A stretch of DNA of 64,000 bases from Elusimicrobiota bacterium (GCA_016234365.1 JACRER010000079.1:15154-79153); one strand, 5' to 3'. Shown: positions 1-9,209, counted from the first letter of the stretch. The notes: generated by a model from the letters alone, not told the origin. Numbers and translations: made by a program.

Positions 1-137
1 GCTTTAAGCGGGACCGGCGCCGCCGGGACTTCCTGCAGGGAGACCAGTTCCCGCGATAGGGAGGTTTCGAAAACGGAGGCAGGCAGGGCCGGCGCGAGGG
101 ACAGGGTCAAGATGGCCTGGAGAAGAAATTTCTTCAT
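1..137 (-). CDS. 5' end of a gene for a putative secreted protein; continues past the left edge
   Basis: Reverse-strand ATG at 135-137 with AAGGAA 5 nt upstream. Translation MKKFLLQAILTLSLAPALPASVFETSL... resembles a signal peptide. Open to position 1, so absent from the ORF track. Confidence 0.35.
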   Translation of the reverse strand, partial: MKKFLLQAILTLSLAPALPASVFETSLSRELVSLQEVPAAPVPLK

Positions 138-385
138 TGGGTTTCCTTAAAGGTAATGTTCTCAAAATATGATGGCCGCACATAGAGCCGCAGGGGGAAG
201 GTCGCCGGCGATTTTTGGCCTATCCCGCGCTGGGCCTCATGGTCCGGTGGCGGCCGGCTTCCGGATTTATGGGTCTGAAGGCCCGGAGGCACATGGGCCG
301 AAAGGGAAAAAACCGATTGACAGGAATCAATCGATTTTGCACAATTCAGGAAAGTCGTTAAGCCAAGCGTTCATAAGGAGTCTGC

Positions 386-1237
386 ATGAAGAAGATGGTA
401 GCGGCGCTGATGCTGTTCGCGGCGGTCGGCGCGGCCAATGCGGCCACTGTAAGTTTCGATAACCCCGGGCTCAGCGTTGTTCCCGCGGTCAGGGCGATAG
501 AGATCCCCTCCATGAGCTACCCCGTCCCCGAGACCGAGAAAGGTTTCGCCCTTTTCAGCAATGAAAAGATAGTTGGCGGCGTAGAAGCCGTGAAAGGCGA
601 ATTTCCCTTCCTCGTGTCCCTGCAGGCCGGTTCCTACGGCCACTTCTGCGGCGGTTCGCTGATAAAGAAGAACTGGGTGCTCACCGCGGCGCATTGCGTC
701 GAGGGCGGCTACCTTAAAGGCATCACCATCGGCCTCCACAACCAGAGCGACACCGCCGGCGTGGAGAAGTTCACCGCGCTGCAGGTGCTCAAGCACCCCA
801 AGTGGGACAAGAACACCATGGATTACGACTTCGCGCTTATCAAGCTCTCCGGGGATTCCAAGTACGCGCCGATAGCGCTTAACGCCAAGGAACTCACCGG
901 CAAGGTGGACTTTGTCACCGCCGGCTGGGGCACCACCAGCGAGGGCGGCAGCGTGTCCAAGATACTGCTCAAGGTGGGCGTGCCGCTGGTCTCCCAGGAG
1001 ACCTGCGCCGCGGCTTACGACGGCATCACCGACAGGATGATCTGCGCCGGCTTCAAGGAAGGCGGCAAGGATTCCTGCCAGGGCGACAGCGGCGGCCCGC
1101 TGATGACCGGTACCGGCGCCAGCCGCGTGCTCGCGGGCGTTGTGAGCTGGGGCGAAGGCTGCGCCCAGCCCAACAAGTACGGCGTCTACTCCAAGGTCAA
1201 CGTCGGCCTCGAGTGGATAAACAGCGTCGCGAAATAA
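386..1237 (+). CDS. secreted trypsin-like serine protease (S1A family)
   Basis: SD AAGGAG before the ATG. Signal peptide MKKMVAALMLFAAVGAANA. IVGG mature N-terminus. Triad motifs LTAAHC, DYDFALIKL, GDSGGP. Asp in the S1 pocket context KDSCQGDSGGP. Confidence 0.9.
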   Translation: MKKMVAALMLFAAVGAANAATVSFDNPGLSVVPAVRAIEIPSMSYPVPETEKGFALFSNEKIVGGVEAVKGEFPFLVSLQAGSYGHFCGGSLIKKNWVLTAAHCVEGGYLKGITIGLHNQSDTAGVEKFTALQVLKHPKWDKNTMDYDFALIKLSGDSKYAPIALNAKELTGKVDFVTAGWGTTSEGGSVSKILLKVGVPLVSQETCAAAYDGITDRMICAGFKEGGKDSCQGDSGGPLMTGTGASRVLAGVVSWGEGCAQPNKYGVYSKVNVGLEWINSVAK

Positions 1238-1254
1238 GTCTTGCGGCAAAAGAA

Positions 1255-1282
1255 GGGCCCGGCTTCGGCCGGGCCTTTTTTT
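1255..1282. terminator. bidirectional intrinsic terminator between convergent genes
   Basis: GGCCCGGC-TTCG-GCCGGGCC hairpin followed by TTTTTTT on + and preceded by an A-rich run (U-run for the - strand). Confidence 0.7.
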
Positions 1283-1298
1283 GCCTGGGTGAAGGTGG

Positions 1299-1784
1299 TT
1301 ACTTCGGTCGTGGCGGCCGGACGAAGGCTCCGCGCGAGCAGGTCCACAGGAACCAGATCGCGGCCGCGTTGAGCAGTGAAGAGGCTACGATGTAAAAGGG
1401 CGTCAGGCCGCTCTCCGGCCAGATCGGCACGCCGAAGAAGTTCTTGAAGGCCATCCAGCCGCCCAGCACCATGAGGATGCCCAGCGGATCGACGAAGACC
1501 AAGGTCATGCCTACCGCGCCTTTTATGTCCCCGCTCTTGGCGGTATCGGCCAGAAGGAAGAGGTAGATGGAGAAAGCGCGCTGCGCGAAGAGGAACAGCG
1601 TCCAGAAGACGAACATGCCCCGGGTGTAAAGGTTTTGCCGGTGCCGGCGCTTCTGTTGTTCGGGGCTGTCTTGCGGCACTGGCGCGCCGCGGTAGTTCCG
1701 GTTAGCCACGAGGTGGACCAACGAGTAAAGAAGGAAGAGGGTCGCGACAGGGACCAGTAGCGAAAATAATCGGGCGGCGAGCAT
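1299..1784 (-). CDS. small integral membrane protein, unknown function
   Basis: 161-aa ORF with about 4 hydrophobic helices (LFSLLVPVATLFLLYSLV, MFVFWTLFLFAQRAFSIYLFLL, ...). An extended -10 lies directly upstream. No family recognised. Confidence 0.5.
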   Translation of the reverse strand: MLAARLFSLLVPVATLFLLYSLVHLVANRNYRGAPVPQDSPEQQKRRHRQNLYTRGMFVFWTLFLFAQRAFSIYLFLLADTAKSGDIKGAVGMTLVFVDPLGILMVLGGWMAFKNFFGVPIWPESGLTPFYIVASSLLNAAAIWFLWTCSRGAFVRPPRPK

Positions 1785-1790
1785 CGGTTC

Positions 1791-1799
1791 ATTCTACCA
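1791..1799 (-). promoter_or_regulatory. extended -10 (TGgTAGAAT) placed 6 nt before the ATG of the 1299-1784 gene (leaderless geometry)
   Basis: Reverse strand reads TGGTAGAAT-gaaccg-ATG. There is no SD. Confidence 0.4.
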
Positions 1800-1837
1800 A
1801 AACTGCGGCGGAAAAAGGAGATAGCGATTCTTTTAGG

Positions 1838-1846
1838 TGGTATAAT
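1838..1846 (+). promoter_or_regulatory. extended -10 (TGgTATAAT) for the VOC-family gene
   Basis: TGGTATAAT at 1838-1846, 13 nt before the ATG at 1860. No SD in between. AT-rich patch in GC-rich DNA. Confidence 0.4.
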
Positions 1847-1859
1847 ATAGATATCTATT

Positions 1860-2237
1860 ATGAATACGAACTTCATCCTTTATGTGGCGGACCAGGGGAA
1901 AAGCAGGGATTTCTACGCCAAAACTCTGGCCCTGGCCCCGCGCCTGGACGTGCCCGGCATGACCGAGTTCGAGTTGGCGCCGGGCTGCGTGCTGGGTTTG
2001 ATGCCGGAAAAAGGGATAAAACGGCTGCTGCCCGGCCTGCCGGACCCTGCGGCCGGAGCCGGTATCCCCAGGGCCGAGGTCTATCTTACGGTGCCGGACC
2101 CCGCTGTTTTCCACTCCAGGGCGCTGGCGGCGGGGGCACGCGAACTGAGCCCGTTGGAGGCCAGGGGCTGGGGGGATAAGGCGGCTTACAGCCTGGACCC
2201 GGACTGCCATGTGCTGGCCTTCGCGGCCCGCCTGTAG
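1860..2237 (+). CDS. VOC / glyoxalase-bleomycin resistance family protein
   Basis: 125 aa. ILYVADQGKSRDFYAKTL... and C-terminal ...AYSLDPDCHVLAFA match the paired beta-alpha-beta-beta-beta pattern typical of VOC proteins. Confidence 0.7.
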   Translation: MNTNFILYVADQGKSRDFYAKTLALAPRLDVPGMTEFELAPGCVLGLMPEKGIKRLLPGLPDPAAGAGIPRAEVYLTVPDPAVFHSRALAAGARELSPLEARGWGDKAAYSLDPDCHVLAFAARL

Positions 2238-2244
2238 AAAAGGC

Positions 2245-2273
2245 TTTACACGAATGGGGCGTTTTGTTATAAT
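2245..2273 (+). promoter_or_regulatory. sigma70-type promoter for the ribosomal-protein operon leader
   Basis: TTTACA (2245-2250), a 17-nt spacer, then TATAAT (2268-2273). Confidence 0.55.
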
Positions 2274-2482
2274 AATCCTGTAGTTAATCGCGGCAACGCC
2301 GCGGTTTCTTTGAAAAGAAGTTTTTATTACGCTGTCGCGTTCGAAAGAATACGGGCAGCGGCCCTATAGACGGAGCGGCCTTGATTCCCTCCGCCTGCGG
2401 GCTTAATCATAGAAACTAAAAATCTAGCAGTACCACAACCGGAGCTGAAAAGTTCCGGCGCGGTCCGTTCGCTTTCCAGGCG

Positions 2483-2509
2483 AAAAACCCGGCTTTCTCC
2501 GGGGTTTTT
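2483..2509 (+). terminator. attenuator-like intrinsic terminator in the rplC leader
   Basis: AAAAACCCGG-ctttct-CCGGGGTTTTT. Stem plus U-run about 30 nt upstream of the rplC SD. Confidence 0.5.
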
Positions 2510-2542
2510 ACGTCGGATAGCGGCTCAAGGAGCGGTATAGAC

Positions 2543-3319
2543 ATGACTGAAGAAAACAAAGAGAACAAGGCCCCCGAGGCCAAACCCGAGGCGCAGCAGC
2601 TCCCCGTGGTCCATAAATTTCTCGTCGGCGAAAAGATGGGGATGACCCAGATCTTCGACGCCGCGGGCAACCTCCACGCCGTCACCGTCGTGAAGGCCGG
2701 CCCCTGCCGCGTGGCCTACACCCGCACCAAGGAAAAGGACGGCTACCAGGCCATCTGCCTCGGCTTCGGCCACAAGAAAGAGAAGAACGCTTACAAGGCC
2801 GAGCTCGGCCTGTCCAAAAAGTTCAACTCCCCGGCTCTTCGCCATCTCAGGGAATTCCGCGTTAACGACCTCGCGGGCGCCGCGCAGGGCCAGACGGCCA
2901 GCGTGGAGCGCTTCGCCGAAGGCGAGTACGTGGACGTACAGGGCGTGACCAAGGGCCACGGTTTTTCCGGCGGCATGAAGCGCCACAACTTCGCCGGCGG
3001 TTCCGCCTCTCACGGCGCCTCCGACCGCGAGCGCGCCCCGGGTTCGCTGGGTTCGCGCCGCTCTCTGGGCCGCGTGCTGCCCGGCCAGCGCATGGCCGGC
3101 CACTGGGGCGTGGAAACCTGCTCCGTGCAGAAGGTGAAGGTCATGAAAGTGATCCCCGAGCAGAACCTGATACTCGTGAACAGCGGCATCCCCGGCGCCG
3201 CCGGCAGCATGGTCTACATCACCCGCACCAACAAGAAGCTGCCCAAGCCGCCTGCCGCCCACGCGAAAGCCAAGGGCAAGAAGGAAGCGCCCAAGGCCAA
3301 GCCCGCCCCCAAGAAGTAA
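2543..3319 (+). CDS. rplC: 50S ribosomal protein L3 (with N- and C-terminal extensions)
   Basis: SD AAGGAG 8 nt upstream. GEKMGMTQIFD core start motif. Operon position. Lys/Ala/Pro-rich tail KAKGKKEAPKAKPAPKK. Confidence 0.95.
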   Translation: MTEENKENKAPEAKPEAQQLPVVHKFLVGEKMGMTQIFDAAGNLHAVTVVKAGPCRVAYTRTKEKDGYQAICLGFGHKKEKNAYKAELGLSKKFNSPALRHLREFRVNDLAGAAQGQTASVERFAEGEYVDVQGVTKGHGFSGGMKRHNFAGGSASHGASDRERAPGSLGSRRSLGRVLPGQRMAGHWGVETCSVQKVKVMKVIPEQNLILVNSGIPGAAGSMVYITRTNKKLPKPPAAHAKAKGKKEAPKAKPAPKK

Positions 3320-3338
3320 GGTGAGAAGAGGATAAAAC

Positions 3339-3965
3339 ATGGAAACTAAACTTTTAAACCTGAAAGGCAAGGAAGTGGGCAAAGTGGCCCTGCCGGAGAT
3401 CCTTTTCTCCGTAAAGCCCGACGCGGCCTTCATTCACGAGGTGGTAAAGCATTACCTCGCCAATAAGCACCGCGGCACCGCCTGCACCAAGACCCGCTCG
3501 GAAGTGTCCGGCGGCGGCAAAAAGCCCTGGAAGCAGAAGGGTACCGGCCGCGCCCGCCACGGCTCCACCCGCTCGCCGATCTGGCGCAAGGGCGGCGTCG
3601 CGTTCGGCCCCAAGCCGCGCTCGTTCCGCCAGTACCTGCCGCAGCAGAAGCTCCGCCAGGCCCTGATAGAGGCCCTCTCCGCCCGCGCCGCCGACGGCGC
3701 CGTGCTGGTGATAGAGAACCTGGCCCTCGAGGCCGCCAAGACCAGCTCCCTCAACGACCTGCGCAAAGGTCTCGACGCTAAGAGCGTCCTGTTCGTCACC
3801 GACAAGATGGACAAGAACTTCAAGACCGCGTCCAAGAACATCTCCGACTTCGGCTGGTGCCTGGCGCAGAACCTGAACGCCTACGAGGCGATGCGCAGCA
3901 CCAAGCTCGTTTTCACCTCGGCCGCCCTTAAGGCCCTGGCCGACAGCGTCAAGGAGGTCAAATGA
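3339..3965 (+). CDS. rplD: 50S ribosomal protein L4
   Basis: GGGKKPWKQKGTGRARHGSTRSPIW motif; operon order. Confidence 0.95.
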   Translation: METKLLNLKGKEVGKVALPEILFSVKPDAAFIHEVVKHYLANKHRGTACTKTRSEVSGGGKKPWKQKGTGRARHGSTRSPIWRKGGVAFGPKPRSFRQYLPQQKLRQALIEALSARAADGAVLVIENLALEAAKTSSLNDLRKGLDAKSVLFVTDKMDKNFKTASKNISDFGWCLAQNLNAYEAMRSTKLVFTSAALKALADSVKEVK

Positions 3966-4252
3966 ACTTCACTGAAGTCCTCATATCCCCGATACTCAGC
4001 GAGAAAAGTGTAATAACGAAGGACACGCAGAACCGCTACACCTTCCGCGTGAACCCCAAGGCCAACAAGAGCGAGATCAAGAAGTCCGTAGAGACCCTCT
4101 TCAAGGTTAAAGTTACCGCGGTCCGCACCGCGAACCTCCCTGGCAAGCTCCACAAAGTGGGCCGCCATGAAGGTTACCGCTCAGACTGGAAGAAAGCGGT
4201 GGTTACGGTGAAAGCCGGCCAGAAGATAGACATGACCGACCTGCCGAAGTAA
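3962..4252 (+). CDS. rplW: 50S ribosomal protein L23
   Basis: ATGA overlap with rplD. ISPILSEKS...YTFRVNPKANKSEIKKSVETLF. Confidence 0.95.
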   Translation: MNFTEVLISPILSEKSVITKDTQNRYTFRVNPKANKSEIKKSVETLFKVKVTAVRTANLPGKLHKVGRHEGYRSDWKKAVVTVKAGQKIDMTDLPK

Positions 4253-4273
4253 GGCGGAGAACAGGAAAAGAAT

Positions 4274-5116
4274 ATGCCCATCAAATCATACAGACCCTAC
4301 ACCCCCTCGCGGCGCACGCTGCAGATGGCGGACTTCTCGGAGATCACTAAAACGGATCCCGAAAAGCGTCTCACCACCGGCATGCGCAAGAACGGCGGCC
4401 GCAACAACACCGGCATGGTCATGGTCCGCCACCACGGCGGCGGCCACCGCCGGCGCTACCGCGTGATAGATTTCAAGCGCGAGAAATACGGCGTGCCCGC
4501 CAAGGTTTCCGCCATAGAATACGATCCTAACCGGAACGCCCGCATCGCCCTCCTCGTTTACGCGGACGGCGACAAGCGCTACATCCCGGCCCCGCTGGGC
4601 CTGGGCGTGGGCGCCAGCGTCATGAGCGGCCCCAAATCCGAGATACGCCTCGGCAACGCGCTGCCCATGGCTAACATCCCCGACGGTACCTTCATCCACG
4701 CTATCGAGATGATCCCGGGCAAGGGCGCGCAGTTCGTGCGCGCGGCCGGCACCCAGGCTCAGCTGATGGCTAAAGAGGGCGACTACGCCCTCGTCAAGAT
4801 GCCGTCCGGCGAGATCCGCAAAGTGCTCAAAGCCTGCATGGCCACCATCGGCCAGGTCGGCAATATCGAGCACAACACGATCACCCTCGGCAAGGCCGGC
4901 AGGCAGCGCCACATAGGCGTGAAGCCCACCGTGCGCGGCGCGGCGATGAACGCCGTGGACCACCCGCTCGGCGGCGGCCGCGGCCACTCGAAGGGCAATA
5001 ACGTGCCCCGCTCGCCGTGGAACCAGCCCTCCAAGGGCTTCAAGACCAGGACCAAATCCAAGATCTGGGGCTGGATGATAGTGCAGGACCGGCGCAAGGC
5101 GCAGGTCGGCGCTTAA
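4274..5116 (+). CDS. rplB: 50S ribosomal protein L2
   Basis: [17 protein letters not shown] and [13 protein letters not shown] motifs. Confidence 0.97.
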   Translation: MPIKSYRPYTPSRRTLQMADFSEITKTDPEKRLTTGMRKNGGRNNTGMVMVRHHGGGHRRRYRVIDFKREKYGVPAKVSAIEYDPNRNARIALLVYADGDKRYIPAPLGLGVGASVMSGPKSEIRLGNALPMANIPDGTFIHAIEMIPGKGAQFVRAAGTQAQLMAKEGDYALVKMPSGEIRKVLKACMATIGQVGNIEHNTITLGKAGRQRHIGVKPTVRGAAMNAVDHPLGGGRGHSKGNNVPRSPWNQPSKGFKTRTKSKIWGWMIVQDRRKAQVGA

Positions 5117-5130
5117 CGGAGGAAATATAA

Positions 5131-5418
5131 ATGAGCAGATCATCTAAAAAAGGCCCTTACGTAGACCAGAAACTCCTGGCAAAAGTCCAGGCGTCGGTAC
5201 AGGCCGGCGACAAGCGCCAGATCAAGACCTGGGCGCGCGCCTGCACCATAACCCCCGAGTTCGTCGGGCAGACCCTGATGGTGCACAACGGCCGCAAGTT
5301 CCTGCCGGTGTACGTCACCGAGCGCATGGTCGGCCATAAGCTCGGCGAGTTCTCTTTCCCGCGGCTGTTCAAGGGCCACGGCCAGTCGCATACCAAGGAA
5401 GCCACGGACCTGACCTAA
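5131..5418 (+). CDS. rpsS: 30S ribosomal protein S19
   Basis: [11 protein letters not shown]...[18 protein letters not shown]. Confidence 0.96.
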   Translation: MSRSSKKGPYVDQKLLAKVQASVQAGDKRQIKTWARACTITPEFVGQTLMVHNGRKFLPVYVTERMVGHKLGEFSFPRLFKGHGQSHTKEATDLT

Positions 5419-5446
5419 GGGCGCGTGACAATAAACGGAGAAAATC

Positions 5447-5803
5447 ATGGAAGCTAAATGCCATCTCAGATACCAGCGCTACGGCCGCCGCAAGGTCGCC
5501 CAGCTGCTCGACGCGGTACGGGGCAAGTCCCTGTACGAGGCGCAGTACATACTGGCCTCCCTGCCCCGCATAGCCACCGACGTCGTCGGTAAGGCCATAA
5601 AGTCCGCGGGCGCCAACCTGAGCGTGAAGCTCGGTAAGAAACTGGACCTCAAGCAGGTCTACGTCACCGAGTGCTTCGCCGACCAGGGCCCGATGAAGTT
5701 CCTTCGCCGCGTGCAGCCCGGCCCGCAGGGCCGCGCGATGCCGTTCAAACGCAAGATGTGCCACATCCACGTGGCTGTGTCCGATACCAAGGAGCGGAAA
5801 TAA
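5447..5803 (+). CDS. rplV: 50S ribosomal protein L22
   Basis: RKVAQLLDAVRGKSLYEAQYIL...; operon order. Confidence 0.94.
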   Translation: MEAKCHLRYQRYGRRKVAQLLDAVRGKSLYEAQYILASLPRIATDVVGKAIKSAGANLSVKLGKKLDLKQVYVTECFADQGPMKFLRRVQPGPQGRAMPFKRKMCHIHVAVSDTKERK

Positions 5804-5804
5804 T

Positions 5805-6545
5805 ATGGGTCAGAAAATACATCCCCGGGGTTTAAGGCTCGGCTACATCCAGGACTGGCAGTCCCGCTGGTTCTCCCCCAAGAAGATGCCGGAACTGATC
5901 CGCGAAGATTTCGAGATCAGGCACATGGTTACCGAGCGGTTCGCGATGGCCTCCGTCAGCTGGGTGGACATCGAACGCGCCGGCGCCTACCTGAAGGTGA
6001 CCATCCACACCGCCCGCCCCGGCGTAGTCATCGGCCGCAAGGGCGCGGACATCGAGAACCTCAAGAAGGACGTCGAGCGCCTCACGAAGCGCAAGGTGTT
6101 CATCAACGTTTCCGAGATCAAGATCCCCGAAATGGACGCCCGCCTGGTGGGGCAGTCCGTGGCGCAGCAGCTTGAGAAGCGCATCTCCTTCAAGCGCGCC
6201 ATCAAGCGCTCCATGGAACGCACCATGGGTTCCGGCGCCCTCGGCATAAAGATCATGGCCTCCGGCCGCCTCGGCGGCGCCGAGATCGCCCGCCGCGAGT
6301 GGTTCCGCAAGGGCCGCGTGCCGCTGCAGACCATTTCCGCCGACATCGATTACGGCCTTACCGAGGCGCATACCTCGATGGGCAAGATCGGCATCAAGGT
6401 GTGGATCTTCAAGAAACTGTTCTTCGCGAAGACCCCCCGCGAGCTGCGCGAGCAGCTGCTGAAGATGGAAGCCGAGAATCCGAGCGAGACGCCGGTGCTC
6501 GACGAGTCCGCCGCCGCCCGCAGGGAAGCCAATCCCAGCGCCTGA
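5805..6545 (+). CDS. rpsC: 30S ribosomal protein S3
   Basis: MGQKIHPRGLRLG start; KH domain region GVVIGRKGADIENLKK. Confidence 0.96.
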   Translation: MGQKIHPRGLRLGYIQDWQSRWFSPKKMPELIREDFEIRHMVTERFAMASVSWVDIERAGAYLKVTIHTARPGVVIGRKGADIENLKKDVERLTKRKVFINVSEIKIPEMDARLVGQSVAQQLEKRISFKRAIKRSMERTMGSGALGIKIMASGRLGGAEIARREWFRKGRVPLQTISADIDYGLTEAHTSMGKIGIKVWIFKKLFFAKTPRELREQLLKMEAENPSETPVLDESAAARREANPSA

Positions 6546-6568
6546 GACTTCTTTAAGGAGCAATAATT

Positions 6569-6982
6569 ATGTTGATGCCTAAGAGAGTAAAATACCGCAA
6601 GACGCACTCCGCGCCCCGCATAAAGGGCGTCGCGAAGCGCGGCTTCACGCTGTCCTTCGGCGAGTACGGCCTGAAGGCCCTCGAGCCCCGCTGGATCACC
6701 GCCCGCCAGATAGAAGCCTGCCGCGTGACCATCGTGCGCTACCTGCGCAAGAAAGGCAAGATCTGGGTCCGCATCTTCCCCGACAAGGCCGTGACCAAGC
6801 ACCCCGCCGAAACCCGCATGGGTAAAGGTAAGGGCGCCCCCGATCACTGGGTCGCCGTCGTGCGCCCCGGCCGCATCCTCTTCGAGGTGGAAGGCCTGGA
6901 CCTCACCAGCGCGAAGGAAGCTTTCACCCGCGCCGGCCACAAGCTGCCCATTAAGACGCGCTTCGTGAGCCGCGAGAATTAA
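6569..6982 (+). CDS. rplP: 50S ribosomal protein L16
   Basis: [11 protein letters not shown]..., [18 protein letters not shown]. Confidence 0.96.
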   Translation: MLMPKRVKYRKTHSAPRIKGVAKRGFTLSFGEYGLKALEPRWITARQIEACRVTIVRYLRKKGKIWVRIFPDKAVTKHPAETRMGKGKGAPDHWVAVVRPGRILFEVEGLDLTSAKEAFTRAGHKLPIKTRFVSREN

Positions 6983-7000
6983 AGGAGAGCGATCCGAATT

Positions 7001-7228
7001 ATGAAAAGAAAAGACAAAGAGACCCTTAAGAACATGGGCGACGCCGAACTGAAGGCGCAGATCGCCGACCTTAAGAAGCAGATCTTCCAGATCAACTTCA
7101 AGCGCACGACCGCCCCGGTGGAGAACCCGCTGGTGCTGCGCACCGCCCGCCGCAAGATAGCCATGATGAATACCTGGCTGCGGCAGCGCGAACTGGCCAA
7201 ATCCAAGACCGCCGAGGTTAAAAAATGA
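7001..7228 (+). CDS. rpmC: 50S ribosomal protein L29
   Basis: 75 aa. LKAQIADLKKQIFQINFKRTT...; position between rplP and rpsQ. Confidence 0.9.
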   Translation: MKRKDKETLKNMGDAELKAQIADLKKQIFQINFKRTTAPVENPLVLRTARRKIAMMNTWLRQRELAKSKTAEVKK

Positions 7229-7497
7229 CCGAAAATACCGAAAACAGGAATAAGCGCAAGACCCTGCGCGGCGTAGTAGTCTCCGACAGGATGACGAAGA
7301 CCCGCGTGATCAGCGTGGACCACGTGATCAGCCACAGCGTCTACTCCAAGACCCTCCGGCGCAACCGCAAGTTCTACGCCCACGACGAGGCCAATGAGTC
7401 CAAGGCCGGCGACCTGGTCGAGATAGTCAGCACGCGCCCGCTGTCCGCCCTGAAGCGCTGGCGCGTCACCCGCATAGTGGAGAAGGCCTCCAAGTAG
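7225..7497 (+). CDS. rpsQ: 30S ribosomal protein S17
   Basis: ATGA overlap with rpm[19 protein letters not shown]...FYAHDE. Confidence 0.94.
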   Translation: MTENTENRNKRKTLRGVVVSDRMTKTRVISVDHVISHSVYSKTLRRNRKFYAHDEANESKAGDLVEIVSTRPLSALKRWRVTRIVEKASK

Positions 7498-7522
7498 GCC
7501 CGCCGATCAACGGAGATATAAC

Positions 7523-7891
7523 ATGATACAGTTAAGAACCATGCTCAACGTCGCCGATAACTCCGGCGCCCGCAAACTCATGTGCTTCCACGTGAACGGC
7601 GGCAGCTACCGCAAGTACGCTTTCCTCGGCGACACCATCGTCGCCTCTGTGAAGGACGCCATCCCGCACGGCGCCATTAAGAAGGGCGACGTGGTGAAAG
7701 CCGTGGTGGTGCGCGTGACCAAGGAAACGCGCCGCGCCGACGGCTCGTACATCCGCTTCGACGACAACGCCGTCTGCGTGATCGACGACAACGGCGAACC
7801 CAAGGGGACCCGCGTGTTCGGCCCCGTGGCCAGAGAGCTGCGCGGGAAGAACTTCCTCAAGATCGTCTCGCTCGCCCCGGAAGTAATTTAG
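7523..7891 (+). CDS. rplN: 50S ribosomal protein L14
   Basis: [21 protein letters not shown]... Confidence 0.97.
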   Translation: MIQLRTMLNVADNSGARKLMCFHVNGGSYRKYAFLGDTIVASVKDAIPHGAIKKGDVVKAVVVRVTKETRRADGSYIRFDDNAVCVIDDNGEPKGTRVFGPVARELRGKNFLKIVSLAPEVI

Positions 7892-7950
7892 CCGTCTGAG
7901 GCGCATAGCGCCTGATACGGCATGGCCATAGGCCTAATAAGGTGGTAAAT

Positions 7951-8259
7951 ATGCTGAAACTCAAGAAGAAAGATACGGTCGTAGTGCTCGCCGGCAAGGA
8001 CAAAGGCAAAAAAGGCGAGATCAAAGAGATCATGCCCGTCGACCGCAAGGTCGTGGTGATGGGGATCAACATAGTCTCCAAGCACAAGAAGACCACCAAG
8101 GAAAAGCCCGGCGGCATCCACAAGGTGGAAGCGCCCATGGACATCTCCAACGTGCAGCTGGTCTGCCCCAAGTGCGGCAAGCCGGCCCGCGTGAAGGTGA
8201 CCGTGCAGGGCGGCGAAAAAATGCGCGCCTGCAAGAAATGCGGCGAAGCTATAGTTTAA
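7951..8259 (+). CDS. rplX: 50S ribosomal protein L24 (Cys-containing form)
   Basis: ATG at 7951 follows SD AAGGTGG; the track start at 7942 is GTG inside the SD. KOW motif VVVLAGKDKGKKGEI. CPKCG...CKKCG pair near the C-terminus. Confidence 0.93.
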   Translation: MLKLKKKDTVVVLAGKDKGKKGEIKEIMPVDRKVVVMGINIVSKHKKTTKEKPGGIHKVEAPMDISNVQLVCPKCGKPARVKVTVQGGEKMRACKKCGEAIV

Positions 8260-8273
8260 CGAGGTAATTTATC

Positions 8274-8969
8274 ATGGCGAAAGACACTCCCCCGAAGGAA
8301 GGCTCCAAGGAGCAGCAGAAGGCCCATAAGAAGGAGCAGCACCAGAAGGTGCAGGTGACCGAGGCCCCTAAAGGCGCGGTAGCCCCGCTGCCGAAGGGTT
8401 ACAGGCCGCGGCTCGCGGACGCTTACACCTCCACGGTGCAGCCCGCCCTCATGAAGGATTTTAACCTGAGCTCGCGGATGGCGACGCCCAAAATGGTGAA
8501 GATCGTCATCAACATCGGCGTCAGCGAGGCCAAGGAGAACATCCAGGCCCTCGACCTGGCCAAGGAAGATCTGACCATGATCAGCGGCCAGGCGCCGCAG
8601 GTGCGCCGCGCCAAGAAGTCGATCTCCAACTTCAAGCTTCGCGAAGGCATGCCCATAGGCGTGCGCGTGACGCTGCGCGGGATCCGCATGTACGAGTTCA
8701 TGGACCGCTTCGTGTCCCTGTCCGTGCCGCGTATCCGCGACTTCCAGGGCGTAGACCCCCGCTTCTTCGACGGCCGCGGCAACCTGAACATCGGCCTGAA
8801 AGAACACCACATCTTCCCCGAAGTCAACATGGAGAAGTCCCCGAAGGCGCGCGGCATGAACATCACGTTCGTGACCACCGCCGGCGACGACAAGAAAGGC
8901 AAGGCCCTGCTGGAATACCTGGGCATGCCGTTCAAGAAGCCCGAAGTGAAGAAGGCTGCCGTAAAGTAA
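8274..8969 (+). CDS. rplE: 50S ribosomal protein L5 (about 45-aa N-terminal extension)
   Basis: Core RLADAYTSTVQPALMKDFNLSS...VINIGVSEA...GMNITFVTTA. Lys/Gln-rich N-terminal extension. Confidence 0.94.
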   Translation: MAKDTPPKEGSKEQQKAHKKEQHQKVQVTEAPKGAVAPLPKGYRPRLADAYTSTVQPALMKDFNLSSRMATPKMVKIVINIGVSEAKENIQALDLAKEDLTMISGQAPQVRRAKKSISNFKLREGMPIGVRVTLRGIRMYEFMDRFVSLSVPRIRDFQGVDPRFFDGRGNLNIGLKEHHIFPEVNMEKSPKARGMNITFVTTAGDDKKGKALLEYLGMPFKKPEVKKAAVK

Positions 8970-8995
8970 GATCTTAAAGGAAACAGGAGAAAGAA

Positions 8996-9181
8996 ATGGC
9001 TACATACGCTTGGATGGCGAAGATGCGCAAACCCCAGAAGTTCTCTACGCGCTTCCGCAACCGCTGCCAGATCTGCGGCAGGCCGCGCGGCTACTACCGG
9101 GACTTCGGTCTCTGCAGGATCTGCCTGCGCAAAATGGCGCACGAAGGCCTGATCCCCGGCCTGCGCAAGTCCAGCTGGTAA
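8996..9181 (+). CDS. rpsN: 30S ribosomal protein S14, short zinc-binding (type Z) form
   Basis: 61 aa. [20 protein letters not shown]. Confidence 0.95.
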   Translation: MATYAWMAKMRKPQKFSTRFRNRCQICGRPRGYYRDFGLCRICLRKMAHEGLIPGLRKSSW

Positions 9182-9209
9182 CGGCTAATTTAAGGAAGGA
9201 GAGAAACTA

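Noticed and set aside
371-1249. 292-aa reverse-strand ORF covering the trypsin gene
   Set aside because: Exactly antisense to a motif-rich, SD-led gene. Ala/Gly/Leu/His-rich low-information translation typical of GC-driven shadow ORFs.
2240-2542. Possibility that rpsJ (S10) is hidden upstream of rplC
   Set aside because: No + strand ORF of adequate length in any frame. The region instead has promoter, hairpins and a terminator.
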